DNA of 64,000 nucleotides, from assembly GCA_012295275.1 (NCBI GenBank), contig CM022676.1, positions 10,292,001 to 10,356,000 on the forward strand, written 5' to 3'. The DNA is from Chrysomallon squamiferum. Taxonomy: Eukaryota; Animalia; Mollusca. Shown here one piece after another: positions 1 through 12,876 of this stretch. The notes under the pieces are model-generated. The model did no database searches. It saw only the letters and a program-made list of their open reading frames with translations, and was not told the DNA's origin. Within the stretch, counting starts at the first letter, position 1. The number at the start of each line of letters is the position of its first letter. The translations under genes were made by a program, and so were the position numbers.

Positions 1-393
1 AAATCCGTTTTTCGTTTCCTGATGGTTTTGTTTACTATAATTATCACGGAATTCTGAAAATGTCGTATACAGTGATCTATCATCAAAGCATGGACCAAAA
101 CAATCACCATTGCTTGTTACTTGCTGTAAGATAATATTTACTAAACAGAACAGTGTTTATCTAGCAGAACGGATAGTAACTGCTAACTGGCGTTTGGCTG
201 AAGATAAGTTCGGTAAAATACAGATCTGAGTGTTTTGTTACTAGCCGTTTTGAAGACACTGATGTGTTTTTCTGTTTTTACGTTACAACTGTTTGGCATT
301 TCATGTTGGTAGGTGTGGGTGGAAAGACTCGTAACAAGTGCAAGGTTTATTTCAAGAAGATATGCTTTGCATGAATGCTTCTAGATATATACT

Positions 394-433
<40 letters not shown>

Positions 434-799
434 TAGATACACAGAGAAGCACAAATTCACCATATATACACATGTGTAGATAAATATACACGCATTCCTA
501 CCTACCTACTTACTTACAAACATAAACAAATTATTTAACATATATTTATGCATTGCTAACAATGCATGTGTCAAAACAAAACAAGCAATAAAACAAAGAA
601 AAGAATAGAAAAATAAATAAATAAATAAATAAATAAATGAAAACAAATTTTTGCAATCATAATGCACAGTAAGAGCAACCTTGACCTTTCAGTGTGTTTT
701 TTTCTTTCTTTCGTTATCAATTCTTTCCTTTTATTCGTTCCTTCTTTCTTTCTTTCTTTCTTTCTTTTTTGTTTTTGTTTCTATCAAAGCCAGTATTCT

Positions 800-849
800 A
801 AGATGAAGAAGAAGAAAACAAGACAGTTAAATTGAACAGTAACTTTATT
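800..849 (-). terminator. Candidate distal polyadenylation signal of calponin
   Basis: AATAAA (minus strand, 849-844) followed about 20 nt later by a GU/U-rich tract TGTCTTGTTTTCTTCTT; would imply a 3'UTR of about 3.5 kb. Other AATAAA candidates lie closer to the stop. Confidence 0.4.
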
Positions 850-1249
850 CAAACATCGATTGAGATGCAAGTTAAACAGACACGCCATGGCGACCTGTTC
901 TCATTAACATCACTCTGGTATTCATGCGCACGATCCTTTGATTATAGTTCCTGCGCAATATTTTCCGGAAATACTCCGATGCGTTGAGAGTCATACTAGA
1001 TCAACGGAGAGAAAAAAAAAAAAAAAAAAATGATACTAAAAATTTAGGAACTAATAAATGTTATTCAGACAGTATTCAGCCAATAAGCTTGGTTTTCCGA
1101 CATATATGCCTGTGAGATAGTTAATTTAAACATCGATGGTCGGGAAAGAGCCAAATTATAAAACACAAAAGAACGTATGAAAGCTCGAAAACAAAATCAG
1201 CTTCCAAACACATTATTCTCCGTTATTTAATTTTGTTTGTTTATTTAGT

Positions 1250-1336
1250 AGCCGATATTACTGTAATTTCCGAACATATCCGAAAGTTGCCGAACATATC
1301 CGAGTATTTCCGAACATAGCCGATCATTTCCGAACA
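1250..1336. repeat. 10/20-bp periodic CCGAA repeat
   Basis: TTTCCGAACATATCCGAAAGTTGCCGAACATATCCGAGTATTTCCGAACATAGCCGATCATTTCCGAAC; CCGA recurs every 10 bp. Confidence 0.85.
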
Positions 1337-1843
1337 AAAGGACATCGTATAATTTCACATTTCTTGAAACTGTATTGTTCATCTAGTGATACTTTCTTCC
1401 ATGGAGCACATATCAGTGTATTGAAAAATTAACTGCTTAAATAAATTATACACATTCTGTTCTCTCTTCATCGTCTGCATGTTGTGTATTATAGTTTTGC
1501 ATTAAAAAAAAAAAAACAAAAAAAAAAAAAAAAAAATCATTTTAATATAAAAAAAATTATAGTTGAAAGTAAAGACATTTCAACGGCATAAAAAATGTAC
1601 TAATGAAAGCACTATGATAGCAGTAATAGATATGAAAATATTTGTGTACACTTTAAATTTCACATTAAGATAAAATCGAATCAAGAATTAAATTTTTATA
1701 ACATTAACTGCATATTGATCAACATTTACTTTCAAAACTAATACAACTTATCGATCTGCCATCTATTATTCGTCTTGTCACAATAATCCTGTGAAATCGT
1801 CACGATTTACGTATTCAATTGTCTATATCGATGGTTTGAAAAT

Positions 1844-1879
<36 letters not shown>

Positions 1880-2896
1880 AAAACAAATAACATTAAAAAC
1901 AACCTTTTGATTATAACACAATTAAAAGTGTACATACGACATGTAATTCCAATAAATATAATAAACTTTTTTTTTAAATAGAAATTTAGACAATTTGATA
2001 ATTTAAAAAACAATCCTAGTTAAACATAGTATAATTCAATTTTTTACTAATTCTACTTTGGTGGCGTGTAAATTCAACTTAAGGAAAATTGAAGGTGAAT
2101 TTCTCAGTAGCACAATGTTTTATAACTTTAAGAAAAATCACATGTTTTTAGCTGTTAAAATATACGAAGGGTTCAACATGCCAATTACAAAATAAGCAGT
2201 TTTGATTACCTCTCTTTCACAGAGAAGATGAGTTTATAAATGAAATACAAACGTAAAACGTAGAGTTTCTATGACGTAATATTTCTCTATATGTTCATAT
2301 TTAATCTTCACACACAAAAATCTAACAATATCAAATAGAGAAAAAAAAAAAAAAAAGAAAAAAAAAAAAAAAAAAAAAAAGGAAAGCATTTATTATTAAT
2401 ATCTGCCCAAAATGTTTTACAAGCCAAAAAAACAAAATTAACATTTCTCCACGGATTCATTACGTCAACAAATCATTTATATATATAACTTCAAACAATA
2501 CCGCGGATTACAATTATGTATTCATCCAACAACTGAAAGAAAACTCGTTTAAAATACAGACGTTATGAACTGAACGAAATCACTCGATGAAATACAAAAC
2601 AGTGCGAAGTTTTAATGACACAATGAAACAGCACGATCGAACACCTTGTTAACAAATTCAGAATAACTACTCGTTTGAGTAAGCTGTGATAACGTTCGGT
2701 AGGCTGTGGTAACTGTTGGTAAGCTGTAACAACGGTTTGGCGTGGGCTGCAGTAGTGCTTGGTAGGCTGTAAGTCACTTTTTGTAAGATGTAGTAACGTT
2801 TGCTAAACTTTGAGCAAGTTGTAAGTAAAATCTGGAAGTCCGTAGTGTTAAGTTAATAACATATTTCACTGTGTTGTTATTTTTAGTAACATAGAG

Positions 2897-3050
2897 TACG
2901 CTGTGGTACGCATATTAAGGCTGCGGTACGTGTATTAACGCTGTGGTACGTGTATTAACGCTGTGGTACGTGTATTAACGCTGTGGTACGTGTATTAACG
3001 CTGTGGTACGTATATTAACGCTGTGGTACGTATATTAACGCTGTGCTAAC
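2897..3050. repeat. 20-bp minisatellite (ACGCTGTGGTACGTRTATTA)n, about 7 copies, within a wider degenerate array (about 2670-3540)
   Basis: Directly visible tandem units. Confidence 0.92.
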
Positions 3051-4360
3051 GTGCAAGAAGGCTACGTTAACGCGTAGACGGCTCTAGTAAGCTTCAATAC
3101 GATAGAGTAGGCTGTGGTAGCATGTAACAAGGCTGCGGTAATGTGTATAAGCATACAATTAACCGTTTTACGATGTAGTTAAGTTTTAATATGTAACAGG
3201 ATTAAATAGTATTTAAAAGGCTGCGGTGAGTGACATTAAGACAATAGCTGTAGAATTATACAGTATGCTGTTGTAATCTGTAACAACGTATAACACAGTC
3301 TTACCTGTAGCAATATACAGTAATGCACATTAAGCTGTGTTGACATGTATAAAGACGTATTAACATCAAGTAAGCTGTAGTAAGCTGCATTAGCATGTAT
3401 TTTACAAGGAAGCTGTATTAACGTGTACATATATAGTAACTTCTTCGTTTTAATCTAAAACAACATAGACTTAGTGGTAGTAAGTTAACGTAAGCTTAAG
3501 TAACATCATAGTAACTTGATCTTTAGTAATAAAGTACAGACCGTCATTGTTTAGAGAATATCAAAATGTAAATCTTTTATATATATTTAATATATTATAT
3601 ATATAAATATATATAAAGAGAATTTACTAAGTGTTTTTCTAAATTAATTTCATTGCAGCGGGCAATAAAATATCAGTAAAATTAAGTTTACGTTAGCATA
3701 CAAATTTTTTTTCTTTTTTTTAAAATAAAAAAACCCATATATGTTTATTTTATTACAAAATAACAAAAATAAATAATTATTATTTTCAAGTTTTAACTAC
3801 TGTTTATTTTTTTAGGTGTTCTTTCATAAATAAATAAATAAATAAATAATAACCAGTCACACAAAATATATTGCAGACATATACAGGTCATAAGTTGAGC
3901 AGGTGAAAACAAAAATGCGAAGAAGCTATCTAAAAATAAATTTAAAAATGCGTCGCTGAAACGTATACTGACCAACAAAAGAAAATTACTACTATTGTAT
4001 ATTTGGTGACGCTGTTTTCATTATATAAAGACGGCTGCAAATCGAACAACTGCGTATACATTGCATTGTGGGTATAACGAAGTAAGTATTGCATTTTCTT
4101 TTGACTGTCAGTATACAGATGCGACTATTGAATCAAGACACGAAAATAAAATAAAAGCGAAGAACCACATCTAACATTTTTTTTTTTTTTTTTTTTTTTT
4201 TACATACAGATATTTGCATAAATTTTTATCGGTTTTTCATGATGTCCAAAGATCACTGTAAGTTTTATATTTTTCTTCAGCGTGTCCAAAATTAAAAAAA
4301 AAAAACAAAAAAAAAACCAATTAAAATAAAATGTCCAACACAGTCCGTCATTCAGATCGT

Positions 4361-5248
4361 TTAGTACTGTCCCTTGATGTCCCTCTTTCCGTAGCCCATT
4401 CCAGCTTGACTGGCTCCTTGGTTCGATCCGTACTGGAGGTTGATGGTAGCTTTGGATGCCTGGGACATGTCTTCCACAGCGATGTCTGCAACGTGTCTCT
4501 GCCCGCCCATCGACATTCCAGCTTGACTAGCACCCCTGTTAGACCCCGCCTGCAGTCCGATCACACCCTGCCCCGCCCTGGACGCCTCCCCTGTTTTGAT
4601 GTCGGCAATGTGACGTACAGCTCCCATGGCCATACCTGCTTGGCTAGCGCCTTTGTTACTTCCGGCCTGAAGACCAATCACCGTTTGTCCTTCCCTGCTC
4701 ATGTCGTCTGCTCTGATATCGGCAATATGGCGGACGCCACCCATTGCCATACCTGCTTGGCTAGCGCCTTTGTTACTTCCGGCTTGTAGACCAATCACCG
4801 TTTGTCCTTCCCTGCTCATGTCGTCTGCTCTGATATCGGCAATATGGCGGACGCCACCCATTGCCATACCTGCTTGGCTAGCGCCTTTGTTACTTCCGGC
4901 CTGAAGACCAATCATCGTTTGTCCTTCCCTGCTCATGTCGTCTGCTCTGATATCGGCAATATGGCGGACTCCACCCATTGCCATACCTGCTTGGCTAGCA
5001 CCTTTGTTACTTCCGGCCTGAAGACCAATGACAGACATACCTTCTTTTGACATGTCGTCTGTTTTGATGTCGGCAATATGGCGGGATGCTCCCATTTTCA
5101 TGCCTGCCTGTGACGCGCATTTGTTTGTTCCTGCTTGAAGACCAATGATTCCAGCTCCAGCTCTCAGCTGTTCTTCTGTGAAATGATATTCTTGTTTTTC
5201 TGATGGTTTGGGGCCGCAGGTTGGACCGGTAAATCCGTGACGTTGTGC
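4361..5248 (-). CDS. CNN: Calponin terminal coding exon, 7 CLIK repeats with 39-aa (117-bp) period
   Basis: GTTTAG| acceptor at 5250-5249; in frame with ORF 4361..5101; seven IGLQAG(T/S)N.(C/G)ASQAGM-type units (the last is INLQYGSNQGASQAGM); stop TAA at 4363-4361. Confidence 0.97.
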   Translation of the reverse strand, partial: AQRHGFTGPTCGPKPSEKQEYHFTEEQLRAGAGIIGLQAGTNKCASQAGMKMGASRHIADIKTDDMSKEGMSVIGLQAGSNKGASQAGMAMGGVRHIADIRADDMSREGQTMIGLQAGSNKGASQAGMAMGGVRHIADIRADDMSREGQTVIGLQAGSNKGASQAGMAMGGVRHIADIRADDMSREGQTVIGLQAGSNKGASQAGMAMGAVRHIADIKTGEASRAGQGVIGLQAGSNRGASQAGMSMGGQRHVADIAVEDMSQASKATINLQYGSNQGASQAGMGYGKRDIKGQY

Positions 5249-5265
5249 CTAAACAAACAGACAAA

Positions 5266-5301
<36 letters not shown>

Positions 5302-6140
5302 ATTTATAAATAAAGAAAGAAACAACAACGAAAAACAAAACAATGAATGAATGAATGAATAAATAAATAAATAAATAATATTTATAAATAAAGACAGAAA
5401 CATAAAAAACAATGAATGAATGAATGAATGAATGAATAAATAAATGAGCGAACCTAAGAAAGAACAAAACTAAGATAGCGGAAAGAAAGAAGGATGTTGT
5501 TACTATTACAATGTTGTTTTGTTTCTCTTTTGTTTTTTTTTGTTGTTTTTTTCAAAATGAAAATAATGAAAATTGTTTAAGTAACAAACAGGTAGAAGGA
5601 TCATTAAAATTCTTCACTGATCAAATTAATATCTTTAGCAAGTAATAAAAACACTATCAAGTATTTTAACCGTCATAAAGATAGCTTATCTAACTCATTT
5701 GTCATTCAATTTATGTCATGAATATTGTAGACAAATGTTATTAAACCAAATAAATTACTGATATTACCATAATATATACTATGTACTCAAGCATTATAAG
5801 TAAACATGTTATAACGTCATAATATGTAGACATACAGTATTACGTCATACTAATCGATGTTGTAAGTTATTATACTCTGTACATTATGACATCGCAATAA
5901 ACGAAGTAGAAACATTATTATGACATCATAATTAACAAAGTAGTCAGGTATTATGACGTGATAATAAACGAATTAGTCATATATTATAACGTCATACTCG
6001 TCTTATATTGTGACGTCATAATACACGATTTAGTTATATTTTCACTCCACAACGGAATGGCTAGGTATGCATTTTAAATAACTTTTAAAAAGATATATAA
6101 AGTTTATTTTATTTTACTTTATAATTACCTTATTAATTAA

Positions 6141-6186
<46 letters not shown>

Positions 6187-9100
6187 TTTTGTTATATGTA
6201 GAATTACAGATTTATATATTAAGGCTGAACTGGAGTATGGTATTAATTTGTTTATTCATTTATTTATTCATTAAGACGTAATAAATATATTAGCCGCTAT
6301 ATGAAACTGTACGAAATATTCTGAAGCGTATAAAGTAGCTGGTGCATTGAACACAATACTGTGGCGCGTATGAAGTAGTTGGTTCATTTCTTTTTAACTG
6401 ATTTAGCTTAACGTTCTAAAGTTGTTGATGACGCAGACTACGTACCTCAGTTCCAAGCTGGAGGATTGTTGAAATCACCATTGCCATATTTCGACCTTCG
6501 TACAGATCATTCGTCTGGAAGAGGCTGTTGCTAGGGACACCGTAGGCCTCAGCTCCCTTCAGGAAAATTTCGATGTTCTCCATCTAAAAACAAAACTTCA
6601 TACAATTATGTGTAGAATGTACGAACGTTATAACATTGCGTACAGAACGTAAGAATGTATTCCGTTATATGTAAATATATAATGAACGATATCAGTAGAT
6701 GGACTTTTTCTATCATTGTGCATAGAATGGACTTTATATTACTGTATGTAGAACGTACCAACTTTATGAAATTATGTGTTGAAAGAATTTTATACACATT
6801 ATATATATAGGACGGAAGAATTTTATACTGTTATGTAGAGAACGAAATATTTATACCATTGTGTGTGTGGAACGTATGAACTTTACGTCATTATATACCA
6901 AACGAATATTACGTCATCGTGTGTAGAGTTGATGGATTTTATATTAATGTGTGTAGAAAGTAAGAACTTTATATATTGTATAAAATGACTTTATGTCATC
7001 ATGCATAGAACAGTTTAAAAATATGGAATAAATTTTTTTAAATATGTGTCAGTTCTTCATGTTTTATTTTATGATAACAAATTTACAAGACCAGTTTTAG
7101 CAATTTTGCATTCTGTTTCAAGATTTCTAGTAATATTACAGTTTTAAGGTAATATTTTAAATTTCAAAGGATTGCTTCATTTCATGCCTTAGCCGTTTGC
7201 TTTTTTTCAAATATGTTATCTTAGTTTGACACCGAGTTGGCCTTTTAAATATTTCAAATAAACCATCATGGAAGAACTCATTGTTTTGACATTTCTATCT
7301 AAGAATGGTAGCACTTCAAGAGAGTTTAGTCCTACATGATTTAAACTTTTCGCGTTTCAAATGAAATGTTTATAAAGAGAAAATATCTGCCTACTGCTTC
7401 TCAAACACTTATCACTTTAACAGCACAAACATTTGTGTTGAAAAATTCCTTAAAGATTAAAAAGCAACAACTTAACACTTCTTTGCTGGATTCATGTTCT
7501 TTTTTTTTCCTTTTCTTTTTTCTTTTCCTTTTTGAACTCCAAGCAGATAACACGTGATATATAAATTAAACAAACTTTGCGTCACTATAAATGAAACCTC
7601 ATTAAAATTATTCATTTTTGGAACTGAGAACATGTTACGTAATAAATTAACATCAAACATCCGATCTATTTTCGTCTGTCGTTAAAACATTCCATCATTC
7701 AAAACGTAATAACTTTATTTGACAATTTTAATGTAACAGGAGCTCTATATAAAAAAACAAAAGAGTTCTAATTGGTATGAGAGAAAAAATGTTATTAGCC
7801 GAGCTGGTAGAAAAAAAAGATTCTAACACAGAAGAATCTGGATCAACTCTTCACAGTGGACTTCGAATAATCCAAAATGTTAACGATTAAAAATGACTTT
7901 ATTTTTTTTCCCCCTTTATTTCCTGAACATTGTTTTGAAATAAATACTCCGTTTCTCCTTAATTTTTACTATTGTTATTACTATTTTTATATTTCTTTTT
8001 TCGCTTCTTTTTCTTCTTTTCTTTATCTTCATCATCATCATATCGTCATCATCGTCGTATTCACCTCTTTTTTTAAAAACTTTTTAATGTTCTTACAGAT
8101 TTCAAATAAACATTTCTAAGACGACTTCAGTTCTTGACGCCTCAAATACAACTTTCACAAAGCTGCTAAAATGTTGTGCCAGCTTCACAAACCAACTCCA
8201 AATACGTCATCAAAACTGTATTCCTCGACGTTTTTTTTTTTTTTTTTTTTTTTACCCTGCATAATTGTTCTTCATATCTTTATTCTTCTAACTGTCAAAG
8301 TCATTATTCGGATTTTTTTTTTTTTATATTTTGGACAATCTCCTATCCAAATTACACGATTCTTCTTCTTTAATAATATTTAATTTATGGGCTTCAAATT
8401 GATGGTGCACCGTTTTCTGTAATCCTTCCAACGTCATTTAAACTTCGAGCTCGTTGAATTTAGATTCCTAACCTTTGAACCCAAGCAGTCATATGGCGAT
8501 AAGATGTTTAGGAAACCAACGTTGTTATTCTGAATAGATTTCTTTTCCAGAGAACTGGGCAGTGTATTTGTTAATTCGACACCATGGCGATAACAAATTT
8601 TCCCCCGAAACAGATTCTTAAATTACTTTATGATGAAAGCCGTTCTCCATCTAAAACTAAACTTCATACAATTGTATACACAAAGTACGAACGTTACAAC
8701 ATTATATATAGAACGTAAGAATTTTGTATAAAATATGTAGAACGTATAAACGTTATATCATCTTACAGAACGTAAAATGTTATTGTATACCCTTATATGT
8801 AATTACAATAATGAAATTTATATCGTCGTGTGTTGAACGTATGAAGGTTATAATATTGTATATACAGAACGATACAATTCTATACCATTACATTTAATTA
8901 TACAACGAACTAAATGATCATGTCAAAGTTACGTTGATGTTACGGTTTTAAAAAAGTTAGTGTATTCAATCTTGAGATTAACGCTGAGACATCGGTTCCT
9001 TTTCGTTTGCGATATTTGTACGTATGTTTGTTGTTGTAAGAAAAATAAGCGAGAAAAGAAACATGAACGCCTTTTATCTTATCGTCTGCAGCAGACGCCA

Positions 9101-9231
9101 TACTTTGATGACTCATTTATTTTTGGGAAGGGTAAGAGATTGTTCATCATCTCGAAAATGTTCACCGAAAATAGATCGAGTAAAAAATTATTATTATTAT
9201 TATCATCATTATCATTATCATTATCATTATC

Positions 9232-9264
<33 letters not shown>

Positions 9265-9388
9265 TTTATTCCTCAAATGTTTTTATTCGTTTATTTAATT
9301 TTTTCTTTTGTTTCGATCCTCCTTTTATTCTGTCTTTCATTTTTATATGCTTTTTTATTTCGATTTTCATCTTTCAAAATCAATATAA

Positions 9389-9451
<63 letters not shown>

Positions 9452-11097
9452 CAATAAATAAAAAGTAAAGCATGATATAAACCAGAGTTTGGCTTAAGAC
9501 GTCATCATTGGGTTTTTTAATGACATCATCATCTCCATCATGTATTGGCGAACGTATAAACATGCTTTACAAAGCCCAGTGGTTTCTCATTGGTCAATTA
9601 TTGGTATATCTCCATGGACACGGTTCCCTACAGATGACCCATCCATGGTAACAACTCTTGCTAGGCCAGGTCAGTGACTTGGTCTGTATTAATTGTAAAT
9701 TCTGGAGTCAGGAGATGCGAACCCAGGGTCTGGCAGACGTAAAAATCACTTTAAAAACAGCTGTAAACTCCGAAACAGAACCCATGTAATTAGCAACAGT
9801 AGTTTCAGTCATCTTTAACCATTAAAATCTTCAACGATTTTCCCCATGTTTATATTTTGATGTCCTCATCTATAAATCACAACAGATTGGTTCTGTTACT
9901 AAGAATATCTTCAGAACACATGCTAGAGTAAATTAATTCAAGGCAGATCAATCGAGTTTTTTCCTTTCGTCTTCGTGAGTTCATGGATTTTTTTACGAAG
10001 ATTTCACAGATACTTTTTGAAAATCTGTTCAAAAATATTTATCTTTAGTGATGTATCATTGAACAGGAACACGACATACTTGACAATATATTATTTTTTA
10101 CCTTTTTGTCTTGTAATCGTAAGTGACAGACTGCATCTACGACCACGACAAGACGTAAAGAATCTGTCCGTCCGTCTGTCTTTATTTATGTATGTATGTA
10201 TGTATGTATGTATGTGCACTGTAGAGGTCACAATTCCATTAAAATTAAGAAACAGCGAAATAAATGATGATGAGATTCAAACGGAGTATCTTTCGGATTT
10301 AAAATCGATGTCACTGAATCAAGATTTTAAAATTTATTCATTCATTCATCAATCAATATTTCGATTTTAAAAAATTCAGTTTGAGAAGAAAAAAAAATTC
10401 ATATATATAGTATGTATTAATAATGAAACAGGCTGCCTGTGGAAGCGAATTTAAAACCTTCCAGAATTAAATCTAATAAAGAAATACGTGAATTAGGCAA
10501 TTTTCTTCTCTGTATAAAATTATCCTTAGATTTAGTAGATACTTATATCATAGACACTGTTACACGATCTCAACTCGATCACATATATGATATATCAAAC
10601 AACTGGTACACAGTTCCATTAATCCCAAATGAAAGACGGTTATTTTTGAACGAGATGTCCTTTGACTCAAAGGTACTGGTATCATTACTTGTTAGCAGTT
10701 TCTTTTTTAGAACTGACTGACAAGATGAAGACCACAAACTCCTTTTCATCAGCAGAACTATCTAATAAAATAGTAGCATCTCGCTAACAATGAACTTTCC
10801 CAGAAGTACTTTATCATGATCGACGTTCTGAATCGATGTCTACGAAAACGATTGTCAGAAAATTAGCGCCATAAAATGGTGTTTTTGGTCATCTACGACT
10901 TTACGTAAGCAGGTAGCGATTGGTTATGTATTTAGGTCGTATTGTTATCATTAGTATGTGTATAGAATATCAACGTATAAAACTGAGTCCAATGGATATT
11001 TTGTAAAGGAAGCAATAGGTCTTAATCCATACAGTAATAATAATAATAAATCCTGAATCTATGCAATAACAACAATAATAATAATAATAATAATAAC

Positions 11098-11140
<43 letters not shown>

Positions 11141-12349
11141 TTCGACAAAGATCATCATCATCATCATCATCATTACTATTATCATCATTATTATTGTTGT
11201 TGTTGTTGTTGTTTCTTGAAATGTCCATTGTTCATTTGTTTGGTAATTATACAAGAAAAACTTACCTTTAAGCATGCACGTGGTTTTTTTGCTGTCATTC
11301 ACGGTGTTTATACACAACATCAAGCCCGTGCTATATTTTTTCTTTCCTCGACAACTAAAATCAATTTTTTTTATATATATATATAAAAATAAAACTGATT
11401 CTGAAAACGGAAAGAACAAATACAGCATGAACCATTAAAATAGGGGGAAAACATAACCAACATACATTCGTATAGAAAATACAAACCATGACGTCATAAT
11501 GACGTCATATAAACCATGCACAATTAAGACAAAAAGATAGCCTCAATTAATTACGTTTGTTTTCGCTTCCAATGCAAATATATAACGTGACAAATGTTTG
11601 AGCAAATGAAAGAGGTTGGGGTAGCCGTTGATGTCGTCAAAGCATGCTAGGTTGAGAAGAAGCATCAAGTTCAAAATGTGAACATGCGTGTTTTGTAATT
11701 TGTAATTTATCTCATCTTATTTTGTTAGTAAATTACTTTATGAAACTAAATTAATTAATTAAATGAATTAATTAATTAATAGAAAAAAAGAAAAATAAGT
11801 AAATATTTAGTAGTGAGGAGAAGAAAAGAGGTGAGAGAAAAGTCGGAATAAATAAATAAATAAGTAAGTAAATAGAATAAATAAATAAAATAAAATACAT
11901 AAATAAATAAATAATTAAATAAATAAATAAATAAGTAAATAAAATAAATAAAAAAATAAATAAAAAGTAAATGAATAAATAAAGCAGTTTTAAAGATTAT
12001 TTAAGAAGAATAGATATTTTTTATTTATTTTTTATATACTACTAACAGTCGACTGCTTGCTGTATAGTATTTCATTCTTGGATAGTAAATGTAAACATGG
12101 AAACAAACAAAAACCCTGAAAAGTGAAGCAGTGAAAAGCTCAAAATTGACATGCAGACTTCTGGAATGAAGAAAATTATTTATTTATTTATTTGTTTGTT
12201 TGTTTAATTACTTATTTAATTACTAAGTTACTTACTCTTACAACCATTGCTATTGTTACCATTACTGACAATGACGTAACAATAATTAAATGACGTAATA
12301 GCTTTTGTTTGTTTTTCAGATGGTATCTGATTGGCAAAGTTAAGGTTCC

Positions 12350-12393
<44 letters not shown>

Positions 12394-12845
12394 GTTTTTG
12401 TGATGCTGTTGATGCTGCTATATTTATAATGCTATATAGAAAACAAAATTTATAAGACTTCAATGACGTAATACTTGTGTTTATTTAGGAGCAAACACGG
12501 TGGAAAAGATAGGATTAATTTTTATAGTATTTTTATGGTTTTATTACTGTTGTTGTTGTCGTCCATGCTGTTTAGAACGGCAGCTACAACGACGAAATAG
12601 CAATAATTAAAAACATTTATTTATTTATTTACTTATTTATTTATTTATTTATTTTGAATTATTATTACCATATTTCACTACATTTCCTTTTTTCTTTATA
12701 ATTTGAAATTATTTTATTTCTACTATTTAGGCAATATATTATTAAATGTTTATTTTTCAAGTTGTTAATCATTTTCAGTCAGTAATAAAGAATAAAATAA
12801 TACTTAAAATGCTGTATATCAGGAATGTAAAATAAATAAATAAAA

Positions 12846-12876
<31 letters not shown>

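Noticed and set aside
200-320. Possible plus-strand signal-peptide exon ending near TTG|GTAGGT
   Set aside because: No downstream partner exon found, and it would run antisense into the probable calponin 3' region; unsupported.
4331-5050. Plus-strand ORFs 4331..4789, 4701..4904 and 4802..5050 with repeated Cys/His motifs
   Set aside because: Antisense shadows of the calponin repeat exon; their periodicity comes from the 117-bp unit and one copy carries a stop (TAG 4787-4789).
9690-9745. Possible tRNA-derived SINE B-box (minus strand GGGTTCGCATCTCC)
   Set aside because: Imperfect B-box, no clear A-box, tail or target-site duplication.
11266-11354. Cryptic exon in calponin intron 3 (strong AAAG|GTAAGT donor on the minus strand)
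   Set aside because: Weak acceptor, 89 nt, in-frame stop after 7 codons and no calponin similarity; cannot be told apart from a chance donor.
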